From assembly GCA_964247055.1 (NCBI GenBank), contig OZ176052.1, positions 868,001-932,000 of the forward strand: 64,000 nt of DNA. The letters run 5' to 3'. The stretch is from Paragordius varius (lineage: Eukaryota > Animalia > Nematomorpha). Below, piece after piece: positions 23,664-41,274 of this stretch (its first letter is position 1; each line of letters starts with the position of its first letter). The notes beneath the pieces were generated by a model. That model searched no databases, had not been told where the DNA came from, and saw only the letters and a list, made by a program, of their open reading frames with translations. A program made the translations under genes and the position numbers.

Positions 23664-24217
23664 TGTAAACATTTATTTTCAACGCTCTAATATATATCTC
23701 TTAAAATATGCAGATATATTTATTTTCTTATTTTAATTAGCTAATTAAAAAAATTTCAAAAACCTATATATTTATTACATATTGTGAATTGTTTATATAT
23801 AATACATAACATTTCCCAAAACCGCTCATCATCTTAGCGAGATATAAGTAATTCATAAAGTAGTAGTTCTCCTTAATTTCAAAAATGGTAGAATATAAAA
23901 TTAAGCCTGTGTATCTATTATTAGGACATATCCTAAATAAATTCATCTGTAATTTTGTTTAAGGCATTTGAGTAATTTCACATGTAATTGAATAAAATCG
24001 AAGGCTAAGATAGTGATAATGATGATTTTCCTCAGATAGGGCATTCTAATAAGAATAATAATTTACTCATCATTCAATATTAAGTTTTATAGTATACAAT
24101 ATGGTAAATAAATTTTAAATATTTTTCGGAGATTAATTTATTCTCCTATACTGAACTATAAGCTTCAAGATTAAAATAAACCTCGAAAATTAGGTTTAAA
24201 ATATAAGAATTAATCAT

Positions 24218-25234
24218 GGGTCGGGTGATAAATAAGTCGCACTTGACTTGTAAGCCAAGCGTGGCAAGTTGAGCAAGATTACTTAAGCCAGCAAGTGTAC
24301 ACTTGAAGATCGGTGATAAAAAAAACACTTAAGTCAAGTCTTTTGCTTATGAATGTAACAGTTTTTTGCCACCCAATTCGAATTTTATGGAAACTTTTTT
24401 GATCATTTTCAACCAAATTTTATGAAATAAGGCACAAAAAGATAAACAATTAATACAATATGCATTTATTGAAGTTTTTCAAACTCACTGGCACGTATCT
24501 TATTTAATATATAGAGTTTTCTAAATTGTGAGCCTGGTAATAATTTTTAGATTGATGAAACCATTCGCCCTTAAAACACTTTCCATTATTATACCACACT
24601 ACTTTTATTTGGAGTCCAGTTGCATATATATTGAGATGTTGATACAATATAACATAATTATTTTTAATTGATTACAAACATTACATTCGAAATAAATTTA
24701 TGATGAAATAAATTCTTTACATTGGTTAATAGTGAAGTTTTGCTTATAAAGATTTAAAATTTTACAAAAATATTTAATTATTAATTTTAAGAAATTTTCG
24801 AGAATCCAATTTTTTTTGCGGTCACGGAATTGATGTATTTAGCATATTTTTATATGCCATGTTATTAAATATTAGCAGAGTTTTTCTATAAATTTATCCT
24901 CTTTTATATCCACCCAATGAATAAATTAATTAGCCAAAGTTTATAAAATTAACAACTTATAGCATTAACAAAGGTTTAAATTACATATAAAACCTAAATT
25001 TTATACAAAAATAGTTTCCAAAATAATTTTATCCATATTTTTAAATCTGTCAAGTGTGCCCAACACCACACTTGCAAAATCTTTAAGTTTTACTTGATCA
25101 TATGATTTTTTATCACCTCCTTATCAAGTTTTCTTGCTTGACTTAAATCGTGTAATGTTAAATATTTTTTATCACATGAAAGCAAGCCATGACTTGAAAA
25201 ACTTGCAAGTCAAGTCAAAAAAATTTTTTTATCA
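24218..25234. mobile_element. ~1-kb decayed TIR element (possibly hAT)
   Basis: Terminal inverted repeat gggtcgggtgataaa / tttatcacccgaccc, with subterminal gacttg/caagtc repeats at both ends. No clear TSD. Confidence 0.55.
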
Positions 25235-26349
25235 CCCGACCCCATATACTCAAATGTGTTGAAAAATATATATTAGAGGTGTGATGCGGCCTGCAAATTT
25301 TTTTGATATGTTTTATTATCATGTTTTTTCTAATTGCTACAAACCAATATATATTGGATAAATTCCTATTACACTGGGTCGGGCAAAACTAAGAGGTTTT
25401 TTTCCAAAAAGGGGGTCAGCTATCCAAGACGCATGTAAATGATAAAAAGATTTACTTTGAAATTTCACACCTCCTAACCTATTAACGTAGTTTTATACCT
25501 CAGAGCAATTTGAAATTTATATCTTAAAAATTATTATAAGTATTAGGCCAAATTTAAAAATATGCTTTTTAAGCTTTTTAGGCACATGCGGGGAAAAATC
25601 GTAAAATAAATGTGAAGTTGTAAAAAAATTCTCATATTTGCCGCCGTTTTTCTTTTTTTATGAACAACCATAAATGTATTTTTTGGTTAGAAAATGTGAT
25701 ATTAAGATAACTTTTAAATTATTTTACCAGCATTGATATTTAATTTTTAATATAAGCCAGTTTCATTCTTGTTTTGGAACCTACTTAACACTTTATTACC
25801 TTTTCACTTTTTTGTCCTGCTTAACCTTTTTGGGTAGTTTTATCCAGAGCTCAATTCTGTAAATAAACTACAGTTTTTAAAGTTATTTTAATTCAAATTT
25901 AATTATGATACATTCTCCTCATGTTTAGAAATAGGCTTATATTTTTTGGAGATTTGTGACTTCTACAGTAAATTGGGACACCCATAAATCACGATTGAAA
26001 CGAACACCTGATAATAAAATCAACATTTATTAAATGTTTGCTAATAAAATGTAGCCTGAAATCTTCTTCCAGTTAATTATGTACATTTTCTAACCATAAT
26101 ATATATTTGTTTGCCTGTTGCATTAGCGATCATAAAAAATTTATAAAAAAATGACGGAAAAATAGTTTGAGATGAGGATTTTTTACAATTTTGCAACTTT
26201 TTTAACAATTTTTTTAGCATAATGGGCCCAAAAAGCTAAAGAAAGCATATTATTTATTTCGGCCGATACTTTATTTAATTACTTTTTATGTTCAAATCGC
26301 TCTGGTAAACTACCTTAAAAGGTAATGGAGTGTTAAGATTCTGGAACAG

Positions 26350-26665
26350 GCAGTGTTCAACACGCGGCCTTCCGAGATTATGTGCGGCCCGAAAAAATTT
26401 GAAAATCCATAATTTGCAAATATACACACAAAATTTTAGCAAAATTGACATCTATAAACAAATTATTAAATAAGTCCACCCAATTGGCAATTAAATAATT
26501 TGTTACTCTGAGCAATTTCACAGTCTTTTGTTTAAATCTAATGAAATATTTAATAATGCCTATAACATTTTAAATAATGTCAGCCAGGTTTTACAAACAA
26601 AAGTGCGGCCCAAGTGGGAAAAAACTGAAAATATTAGCTCTTTTATCGAATACGGGAGAACAGGG
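26350..26665 (+). mobile_element. hAT (Charlie/SPIN-like) non-autonomous remnant; related end in reverse at ~42940-42990
   Basis: cagtgttcaacacgcggccttccga..tgcggccc; the reverse complement tcggaaggccgcgtgttggacacc occurs at ~42957. Confidence 0.5.
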
Positions 26666-28685
26666 TTCCGTAATTAACATCCAACAACTTAATGAGTTCC
26701 TTATTTACAAGTTTAAGCTCGGGGTATAAAACTCCCCAAAATGCAATTGTGCAAAAAAAGGTAATAATATTAAATGGGCCTGCACGTTTCCCCGGCACAA
26801 CGTTTAATTTTACATTTATATAAATTATTAGGATATGAGTTTGAATTATTTTAGACGATATAATAAATAAATTTTATGTTACCGCAGTGTCAAATTAATT
26901 TTGAAATATAAAGTGGCGTATGGTATAAAAAAACAAACAGTTTGCTGTTACTTATGTTTCCATATTTTTAACATTAAATTTAATAAAACATTTTTACTCC
27001 ATACCCTATTTTAATAAGAAATACCGCTGAAGCTAATGATTAAATTAATTGTCAAAAGGGAAATACTACACCAGGATCGATATAACACGTCTCATCGAGG
27101 CATCTTGTTAGCCACGTTATTTATATCTTAGCATAGTCGGCGTTAATATCTAAAACGCGCTTGACTAAAATTTTTGCCGATAAATGGCAAAATAATCCTG
27201 ATTTAATTGATATTGTTAGGTTTTCCGAAACCGTACTTCAAAGCACACATGGTGGAGACCCCAACTGAAAAATTGCTTTTATACAATAAAACCATTTGTA
27301 AAACCATTTTTATATGGTAGCATATTTTACAGAGTTTGACCCCTAACTAATTTAAAAAAAGCGCTGAGCTAAAAATTTATGCTTTTTTTACTAGGAATAA
27401 CTAAAACCTTTGTTTTTATAGTCTCATAACTTGGGCCAAAAACTTCTCCAAAAAGAAGACTTATTTTTTGCTAAAAAGGGGAAACCACTATATACTGGGA
27501 CTAATTTAAAAAAGGCTAAGCTTATCGGCAAAAATTTCAAAGATTATCTCAAAGCCAATAGACTAAATTTTTCAATATATAGTGCAACAAAGGCTGAATT
27601 GAATTTGATACATTTTACACCAAATAGTTGATAATCATCCGTTATCTTTTAATATACTCGGACATTTAGAAATTTTGTGTGCTATTCAACTGTTTGATAT
27701 TACCCAAAAAACTATTTTTAATTTCATTTATTTATATATCAGATATGTGTGGTAGTAAAGATTGATGAAACATGGGCAATAAACAATTATATAATCATAT
27801 AATATAAATGAAATTGATGATGACAATGTTGTAATCTAATATATGGATATAACTATTTTCAAAATAAAATATGATATCAAAATATTTTCATGAATATCAT
27901 GTTTTAAACAATATAATTATTATATAACTTTTAGCAATGATCTTAAACTAATTGACTATAAGGTAAAGGGTGGTAACATAATGGCCAATATAAAAAGTTA
28001 AACTTGGATGGGGTCAAAACAAACATTTTAGTAAAAGCCCCAATAAACCGTTAAAGAGTTAATGAAAAAAGGTGGAAATCTAAGGTTTTGATAAGATCAT
28101 TGAAAGTTGTGGTTGGTTGATGAATAGTATATATATGCTGATAAATAAATATTTTAAAGAAAGCCAAATTTATATAGTTATAATAAGGGGAAAAGAGAGG
28201 CAGGTTAGGGTTAAGAAGGCTTTTGTAATAAACTAGTTATGATTATAATTGGCAACTTTAGTATATTAATTTAATGTAAAGAAAAAATTGTTATTGATAG
28301 AGGGGAATATAGGGATAAATTAATCATCACATAAGCCGATGTATGGACATTGAAAAAAACTAATTTTGAAATTGATTTGGGCGTAATACTAAAAGAAGGG
28401 CCAACAGAGCTTAGTATCGATTGTTAGAAAAAAGTTGTATTATGAAAAATAAAATAGTGGTTATGCTTAAAAGCGTATATACAACGTATGATGCAACTAT
28501 AAGATATACATAAAAAGGAGCACATTATGGCACAATCATATTTATTAGACTTGAAAAAATTTTCTCCATCTAAATATTGATTGTTGATGATGAACTAGGG
28601 CTAATAACTATATGAATATTTTTTGGATTTTGTGTATAATATATGTTTTTTGTGTGATAAAGACCAGTTATAATAAATTTTGTTA

Positions 28686-31832
<3,147 letters not shown>

Positions 31833-32846
31833 AAAGCGTATACGGCATTTATAGTAAAGCGTAATAAGCGTAAATGACTAAAGTATGCATGAACATCAGT
31901 TGAAAGTATTTTTATAATTATTATTTTAAAAAAGCAAATATTAATTTAATATATTAATACTAATTTTAAATTAATTACAGGGTAAGTTGCGTTTTTGATA
32001 AGAAAGTATATTTTTTAAGAACAAACGTATCTTAATTTGTTCTCAAATATAATTAGGCAATTTATTGATTATATTTTATAAGGATGGGTTAATACTCTTA
32101 TTTCTTTGTAGACATAATAATTATCAAAAAGAGGCAATATGTTGTTCATTTTATTTTTTGAGATAAACTACCCCTGCTTGTTTTGTGACGATTTTTAGAT
32201 GACATGGTTGTGATGATTAGTGATGAGGGTAGGTTATTTTTTTTGTCAATGATATCAATAATTCTACATTTAAAATAGCAATCGCCTGTAAAAGTAATAA
32301 CTGTTAATATATATATATATATTCCGAAGCAAAATGTATCAGGATTATCAGGATGCTTTTGGTTTGACCCTTACGAATGATATTATAAAGTTTTTCAGCT
32401 TCATTAAATATACTAAAATATATCGTAAATACTTTTAAAGAATTAAAATTTTTTATAATTATAATATTCCTAAAGTTAAAGAGTTAGAACTCGCATACTT
32501 TTTACGAAATAAATTTGAATTTCGGCCAAAATAGGTTTAAGTTCATCAAACGATTTCTCATACTTTTGTAGTTTACAACAATTAAAAGCAAAGAGCGAAA
32601 TTTTAACGTTTTTAAAATTAGAAATCTATATTAAATTTTGACTTTATGAGATAAAATGTATTACTCTCGTTAAATGTATGTATTCAATCAATAATTCCCA
32701 TGGTTTTATTGGTTTCGTTGATAAGATTAAAAATCTTATAGGTGTTAGGTAATTAACGAGTGTTTTAGAAAAATATACAATAATTAAAATCAAGACTATA
32801 TTAAATTTAAATACTTAATTTTTTAAAATTTGTCCTGATCTTTAAT

Positions 32847-33092
32847 CAGGGCTTCTAACCGGTTCCAAAAAAGTGAAACCGAAACCGGCGTGGCTCCATG
32901 ACGGTTGGAAACCGTCATGGTGTCTAAGAGATTAATAATGGAATCAAAGCAGTTCCTAAAATCATAAAACCGGAACGGGGCGATTCCTGAGCAAGTAGAA
33001 CCGGAATTGGGCTGTTTTTTAAATTTTAACGGTTCTAAAACCGGTTCTTTACATTTGGAAGTGGTTTTACATTGATCCTAATCTTTAGTATA

Positions 33093-33144
<52 letters not shown>

Positions 33145-33915
33145 TAATTCCTTTTTATATTATATAAAATGGCAAAATGCTTTATCATATCGGAGCACTA
33201 AATGTATACCTAATATCGTATTCTGATCTGAATATACCCTAATGTAACTCTAGATGAGAGAAATTTTAATACTTTTTAATAACTGTGGCTTGAAATCGAT
33301 TTTGGGACCGAATGCGGTTTTTCCCCTGTTTTACCACTTATATATAACATTAACTCATTTTTCCCGTTATGGGTAAATGATTATGGACGCTATAGTATAT
33401 AGTTTTGTTGAAATTTACGCATTAAAAAGTTATTTAGAGCACATATTTTAGAATTATTGAACTAAAAATATAAAAAAGAGTAACCTGGATAAATTCATCG
33501 TATTCCCCTTTTTCTAAGCTATTGGAGGACCCCAATATAGTTTATGGCTTTACCAGATTAATTACTGCGTAAGTAATTATGTCAATAGTTCTCTTCAAGT
33601 GTTAAGGGAAAATTTTAAAATAATTGTCAATGTGTTCAATATATTCTAATAGGATGCGAGAAAAAAAATATTAACACGAGATCGATTTATTAAAAAAATT
33701 ATATATACAACAAATTTTAATATCAGGATGGTCATTACATTTTAATGGGAAGCCAGAAAAAAATGTTATCATACCAAATTTCAATAATAATTTAAGTAAT
33801 ATATTATATTTTAATAAAAACATATGGAAACCAGGTACCTTGAATGTTTAACCGCTGGCTCCTAAGAATTGGAACCGGAATCGGGTTGGTTTAAACCCAA
33901 CATAACCGGGTCCTG
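32847..33915. mobile_element. Decayed hAT-like element with aaccgg subterminal repeats
   Basis: cagggcttctaaccggtt at the left, aaccgggtcctg at the right, and clusters of aaccgg near both ends. Confidence 0.4.
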
Positions 33916-34069
33916 CTAACCGGGGTTTGGTCTCTGTTTTCAACGATATTAACATGCACAATTTGATTATAACACAACAACACAATTAGTACAAATTGAT
34001 GTATATATGTTTAAGATTTTTTATCTTATATAAAAATATGAGTGAAAGTTTTAGTCGTTTCGCAAGAAA

Positions 34070-35187
34070 CCATGTGTAATCATAAGTCTCAACCGGGTTT
34101 TCGAGAAAACAAGTAATTTTTAAAGTATTCAACATCGGGTTCTACACATTTTACCCATTTCTCAGGCACATATGTATGATATGCCATAAAAACCGAATGT
34201 CTTTTGCGGCAAACCATTTGCCAAGAGCCATTTCCTAGCGGCTTCGAAAATATTGAAGCGGTGCTGGGCAAGTACATGCTCCATTGATGCGAAGTTGTAT
34301 TAGCTAGATGGCGCCATATGTAGAGACTTATGCGGATGCGAAAAAATATCGCTGAAGCGATTTTAAGTAATTTTCATTTGTTTTGCTGTGTGACGCAAAT
34401 TGTTTGATAAATATATTTTTTAGGCCTTCCGGCCATTCCAGTCGTTTTTCAATTAGTGCATGGTTTAAATTAATGTTGTCGATAGCGTTATATATTAACG
34501 GTTTCACCTGACTTCGGACGTTTTTATTACACAATACTGCTCTGGTTCCACCGCATACAGTGAAATGACTTCTTTCCGAGGCAATTTAACCTTACTGTTA
34601 AATTATTAACGGATTGGCAAGATACGCACGATTTTTTCCACTTTGGTTTTACGCATAAAACTTGTCATCATCAGTCACAATTCAGTGTAAAATATTTAGC
34701 TTTCGTGCGATAAAACGGATTCAACATGTTACTTTGCCATTTTTGGATTTAACGTTCATTCGAAATGTGTAGGAGCCATTTAAAGAATTATTGCATTCTT
34801 CAATTTCTCTTATTGTTTCTTGTAATATGTGTATTGCTTCTGTTAATTAACCTTTTAACGTTGGGTCAAAATACTCTTGTTATCATCTCCGCAGTTGTTT
34901 TGTAAAATTACAATTTTTAAATTGAAACCATGTTTTCCACATGTGGTAATCGAGAGAGCGTGTCCATATGTTTTTGCTAAAAAACGATAACTTCCAACAA
35001 CCTTTTAGTTCTAATAGCAATGCAGACGAATTCTTTTTCAGGCACAGAATTCGCATGATTACTAAATGATAAAAAAAGGACGTTAGTTTTTGGAGGATTC
35101 ACCTTGTGTGAGTTTGTCGATTAATGTCAGATGACGAATGGGGTATATGTTAAACTAAACGACTGCGTACTTTTCGACGTCATACCT
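34070..35187 (-). mobile_element. Decayed mariner element
   Basis: TIR ccatgtgtaatcataagtctcaaccgggtttt at 34070. Minus-strand remnants SGETVN..NLNHALIEKRLEWPEG and PEKWVKCVEPDVEYF (ORFs 34328, 34089). Confidence 0.8.
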
Positions 35188-35759
35188 AAATTAAAGCGGT
35201 GATAAATTACACTAGTCGACAAATTTGGACATTTTTAAGCACCACCACTCAAACTTAAATTATGACTAATTTCAGTGTTTTAAAACCGAATTTGAAAAAA
35301 TTTTTGATCCCGCCAATCAGAATTTTGAAATTTTATAGGTTTTTTAATTTTTCAAAAATAAGAGAAAATCGAGGGAAAATTAAATATAACTTTATAATAA
35401 AATGTTATTATATTATAAACTTAATATCATTTAATAAAGCGTTTTAAACTCTATTTTTTGAATATAAATATGTCATTTAAATATCAGAGAGAAAAAAATA
35501 GTACGGACTTAAACGTCAAAATTTAGTCTTTTTTTTCAAGTGAATTTTTAACACATATAAATTTTTTTTAAAAAAATACTAAAAAAGGCATTCTATGGTT
35601 TAAACCTTCGGCTTTCAGGTGGGCTATATTTTTTTTGTTAGATTTCGTTCTTTCGAGTACTTATTAGCCTTTTTCTCTTGAGTTGGTTCTTATAAAAAAT
35701 CCTTTATTTATACCTAGTGGATATACCTTATTTTTTTAAATTATTGGTTGTTTTCTATT

Positions 35760-36360
35760 TTGAATTTCAGATGGATGTTGTGTAGCCACTTTTAGTAGAA
35801 TTTATTGTTGTGGGGTTGGACCATTTGTATTTACCTAATTTATATTTTAATTGTAGAATTTATCTAACTTTATTCTGTAAGTTGGTTAATTTGACATGTC
35901 AATTTGCATGGATTTTGCTTGAAAGTCTCTCTTATCGGGCTCTACGATTACTTATTGTTATCTTTGCCATATCTGGCATAATTATAGGATCGCTTGGGGG
36001 ATTTGCAGAATTTGTGCAGCCGCCCGGATCTATCACACTATACTAAGCCCTTTTAGATTTTTAATACTTTGGCTCTTAGCTTGTTTAGTATCTTATTTAA
36101 TGCCTAGAATTTGTTATCCATGCATGGAATATTACTTGTATCGACTTGCTTGTTTGAATATTTAAACATATGTTCACGAGGAATGATTGTTATTTTTGAA
36201 TTAAATACAAATTTAAAAATTAAATTTTGGAAAAATCCTATTGGTGGCCTCAATTTTCTTTTTTGTTTTGGCCTTTCCATGCCATTAGGTATCAGAAAAT
36301 GCAAAAATAATGGGGTGGTGCAAAACCTTGTTGAGCAGTGTTATAAACTCTGATAGTTAT
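35760..36360 (-). mobile_element. Possible decayed non-LTR retrotransposon 3' fragment
   Basis: Stop-riddled remnants HPII..W..KKKIEATNRIF and TYRIKLDKF resemble the post-RT region of LINEs. GC is locally higher. Confidence 0.35.
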
Positions 36361-37076
36361 ATAGTTATGGACCAGTTGGTTCTAAAAAGTTTAGTCTTCT
36401 AAAATGCACACTAGGTACCCCTAAATTAAATACTATGATGTAATAATTTGATTACCCCCAATTATTAATGAACTTTGGTAGTTTAATAAATTATATTTAA
36501 AATTTAATTGTGTATTTTATTAATTGTGGACAAATATTATATCGTATCGTATTACAACGTAAAATATGGGCTAAATTTTTTCCCTTTTTAGACTTGATAA
36601 ATTCAATATCTAAATCAAAACAAATTTTCCAGCTAATTAAATATTGTTTTTTGTTTTTTTCTCTAACGCTAATAAATAATATTATATAATTATCACACAT
36701 TTATACCTCTTTATATCACATATAAAATATACTTTTCAAGCAATAAAAACGTCTTACAACTATTTTTTTCATCGATTATATGTTTACTTAATAAATATAT
36801 AGAGTTTACCTACCATATATTTATTTATTTGCAATGTAAATCTTCGAATTTTTATTTCCATAATTCATGGTCATTTGCGATTCTATATAATTTATTTTCC
36901 TTATTAAAAACGCTGACTCATGCCATAAACGTAAAACATTGCATCTTCTGTTTTTCTATTCCTTGAAGAAAAAAAAATAGTATCTATTTAATTTTTTAAC
37001 TTATCGTTTTTTCACCTATATCATCGTACCTTTACGCCACACTTGAAACCTAAATCAAATCTATTTAATAATTATA

Positions 37077-40000
37077 ATGCGGACCCTTAAAATCAATATT
37101 TTAACATTATTTGTAATTATTCTGTCTAAAAATCTCTTTGACTGCTTTATGTTAACTACATATTGTCCGTTTGATAGTGAACCATATACGACTACCTATT
37201 CTCACTTGAATGGAACGTATGAAATACATTGTCATTGTATAACACATATCGAAATGCTACCTAGTGTTATTTACCATTTTCCCCCCGATAGATATGTTTG
37301 GCGTGAGCCTGAGGCAGTTAATATTTCAGACGAGGTTTCTGTCATTGTGTGTGAGGGAAGCATGAAAAACTACCCATCAGAAATTTATTCTACAGTCAAT
37401 CATCATCATAATCAGACTACAACAACGGATAAAAAAACTGTTAGCACAGTCGATGAACAAACTGCCTTTGGTCCGGAAGGTAATTTTTTTATATCTGTTT
37501 AAACAAGAGTTTTGGAAACTTATGTTGTTTTAGGGATTGGAAATCGGAAACAATGCAGTGTTTAAGAGCAATCTTAAAGAAAAAAAAATTATTAAAATAA
37601 AAAAACAATTTGGAAGCGCGGTTTTTATTTCTAAAAGAGGCTTGTAGTTCCAGTTCCACAAAAAATAGTTTCGGTTTATGTCCCTGTTTCTAGTATAATT
37701 TTGGATATAAAAACTTTACGTTTAAACAATTTGGGATTTTACTACACATTTTTTAAAGTTAATAATTTGAAAATTTTTTGTGCAAGTTTTATAAATTATA
37801 CATTTTGACCGATTACACATAACATTAAAAAACGGTTCTAGAGGAAATGGTTCCTGTGGCAAAAAAACTTGTCAAAATACTTGGGATTTAATTAGTTTTC
37901 ATTTTTTATCATATCTAATTCGGTTCTTGTTTTACAATTGCAGATAGTTTTATTATTTTTCTACAATGCTAAAACCACAAAAATATAAATGTTTGAGCCA
38001 CCAAATAAATACAAAAAAAGAATAAAAGTAGGATGGGAATTATAGCTAAAATTAAAAAAAAGCTATCGAGTTTTAATCCGTTCCCAAAAATTTATTGGTT
38101 TAATTCATTCACAAACTTGGTTCAGGTTTTTAGTTCGTTTTATAAAAAAATAATTTCAAATGGTGTTTAATTTAATAGTATATACGTTATATACGCCAAA
38201 TAATGATTAAAGTATTTTAAATGAATAACAGAATGATGGTTGAATTTGATAACTACGGGTTAAAAAAATTTAAAATGTGAAATATAATAACTCTTATATA
38301 ATTTATATTTTGGCCAAAACCGTTGCCTTCTATTGTAGACTATTTCCGAACAACTGTTTTTACATTTTCTATTTTCCATTTTTATAGGATTAAGTTTCTT
38401 GGAACATATACGCTCCTCAATACATTCAAACTCTACCAGTAATGCAAACGCCATCAAACTCCATAAAATATTAGTGTTGGAAAATGTTCATTTACCGCAC
38501 TTGGGTATGTATGGAAAAGGATCCGATTATCAACACAATATTTTTACTGAATCCTTGGGTCTAACCCATTTAGTTCTTTTAAATCCCAACGTTGAATCCA
38601 TACCGCCTACGGCATTACTTCCTCTCAAAAATAGTTTAGAGGTATCTTTTATCAAAAAATTTTTTACAAAAATTTTGGGTTTTTATTTTTCCTAAATGTC
38701 ATCTATGACTTATAAAGGTATCTCAACTTTGCGACGGATATGTATAAGTATACGATTGATTTAGCAATAGATCTTTTATATGTAATGCGCTAATTTTAGC
38801 CACCTAGGCGCAGAGTTTTATTTTTATCCCCTTTAATTGTTATACAGACAAGGTACATATATTATTGGCTTTTGTTCCTTATATTTGAGCATATCGAAAA
38901 GATTTTCGGTTAGCAATTGTTTGATTAAAAAATTGTGACACTATTAAATTTAAAGGTATGCCTATAAGCGGTCAAACATATGCAGTAATAATCTGTAAAT
39001 ATTTTTTAGGTTATAACAATTAGTGAGAGAAACTCGGACTCTAGTCATCATATCTTTCCTATGTTGATAAAATCACTCAATTTTCCAATCCTTTCTCGTG
39101 GCCATAAAAATAGTAGTATCAAAGTCGTTAACAATAAATACCCACTACAATCTATAAACGTTCATTTAAATGACTGGCCTGGCATAGCATCTTCAGAAAC
39201 CTTTGACCAATTTGAAGCACCTAACTTGCAACATTTAACTTTATCAGGATTGATGACACTCTCAGAAGATAGTTTTGATAAAATGAAAGGACCAAAGCTT
39301 AAATCATTCTCCATTATAACAGATCATATGGATAAAATACCTTGGAAAGCTCTTGAAGTATTTAATCAAACTCTTGAAAAATTTGCGATTCAAGGGGATC
39401 TCATCTCTACCTTAACGCCTTCAAGCAATCATGTTGTTAGTGGAGATGGTAAATTAGAATTTCTCAAACTCAAACATTTGGAGATCAATGATGCATTAGC
39501 CCTTAATGAAATACCCCCCAAAACTTTTGGTCAAAACCTAAAATTACCCAATCTACAAACCCTAAATATTATACGTAATAACATAAATGAAATTGGGAAC
39601 TATGCTTTTACCGATTTGCCAGAGTTAATCACGCTTGACATGTCCCACAATAACATAGGCAGTATTTCAAAAGATGCCTTTAATGGGTTAACGAAGTTAC
39701 AAACGCTAAATTTGCAAGGCAGTACCATGGTTAAAGAAATCGAAGATAGAACAGATTTTAGTTTTGCACACTCACTTAAAACATTACTGTTGACGGAATC
39801 ACTCGTTCTTCAAAAAGTTCCCAAACAATTTTTGGCATCCCTAAAGAATTTACAGATACTTGATTTATCAAACAATAAAATAGCTCAGTTGTGGGAAAAT
39901 GATGGTTCCACCATTGATCTTGAAAATCTCCAAAGGTTAAATTTGGCTCACAATCGATTACAACATATGCCATATGTGATAAAAGCTCCAAACTTAGAAA

Positions 40001-41274
40001 CACTTGACCTATCCTATAACAATATAAATATGATTGAACCAAAATTGTTTTTGCATATGCCAAAAATTAAAACTCTCCGTTTACAGGGTAATCGTCTGCG
40101 TGCACTCCCATTCGAAACGAACAGTACATATTTAAACATAGGATCGCCCCTTGTATTTTTGGGTCTTAAAGGTGATTTTTTTCAATATTTTGTTTGTAAT
40201 ATTTTATGTAATTACTTTAAATCTTAAGTCTAAATTTTGAGCAAAGATCGGAATCGGAAATTCGAATGGTTTAGGTTTTTAAACCTTTTTTGCTTTATTT
40301 CCCGTTCTAAACTTTAAAAAAAGAGAAGTTGGGTTTTGAAAATATATTTTGTTAGACCTTGGTCCGATTGTTTTTGGTCCCACGGTTTAAATTTTGGCCT
40401 CTGATATTACAGTTGTGTTTTAAAAAATAGTTTTTAGAATATTTTTTTTACCATACTCACTTATGGCATTATTCATCTCAAATTTCTATCCAAATCTATT
40501 TTTTCATAAGATGGTTGTTTAAATGCTACTATATTAAATTCTAATCATATCCACATATTTTTATGTTATAATTCTTAACGTGGGAAATACAACTCACTTT
40601 AAATCATTTATAATTTTTATTTCAATTATTATGGAAAAGTCATCAATAATTAAATACCTAATTAACATAACTAGCCCAATTTAAATAATCCCATCATTTA
40701 TTAATTTTATACGATATTACTTATAATATTATTATTATATACAGATAATCCATGGGATTGTAATTGTAATCTAAAAAAAGTTTTACACCAGATAGTAAGC
40801 GAAAAGTACATGGAAATGACACAGGCTCAAATTCAAACGCAAAACGAAGAGTTACAAAATGCCAAATGCCATAGTCCCCCTATATATGCTGGGTTAAGTT
40901 TGGTTGATTTTGAATCTGAAGATATATGCACAGATTCTGCCATTGAAAGTTCTAATTACTCTTCAATTAGTCCAATATCAGCTTTGATGGCTTCAAACAA
41001 TGCTTCTATAACTAACAATGATGAGTTTTATCGAAATTTAACGCAACAATTTGCACCAGGCCTGACCAAGGCTTTAAAAATTGCACGTCGAAGTCTAATT
41101 CTGACATCATTGCTGATAACGGGAATAGTACTGAGTTTTCTGGCATACGTGGCTTATGAGTTTTGGCTCAAACATAAGAATAAACATGAATTGTTCCGTT
41201 CATCTACACACTCTTTGCAATACAATCCAAATCATCATGTTGGCAATAATTTACGGAATACTTCAATAAAATGA
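37077..41274 (+). CDS. Single-pass leucine-rich-repeat membrane protein, 782 aa, 4 exons
   Basis: Exons 37077-37479, 38388-38641, 39010-40171, 40745-41274 (2349 nt, phases 1/0/1). Signal peptide MRTLKINILTLFVIILS; LRRs (LQTLNIIRNNI, LITLDMSHNNI, LQILDLSNNKI, LETLDLSYNNI); LRRCT NPWDCNC..KCHSP..DIC; TM segment LILTSLLITGIVLSFLAYVAYEFWL; ~34-aa tail with no TIR domain. Confidence 0.9.

Noticed and set aside
27419-27631. Possible orphan terminal exon (SHNLGQKLL..LIHFTPNS)
   Set aside because: No upstream exon chain. YLKANRLNFS..LIHF resembles the post-YADD region of LINE reverse transcriptases, so it is probably a decayed retroelement.
37077-41274. Toll-like receptor call for the LRR gene
   Set aside because: Stop codon 34 aa after the TM segment; no TIR domain.
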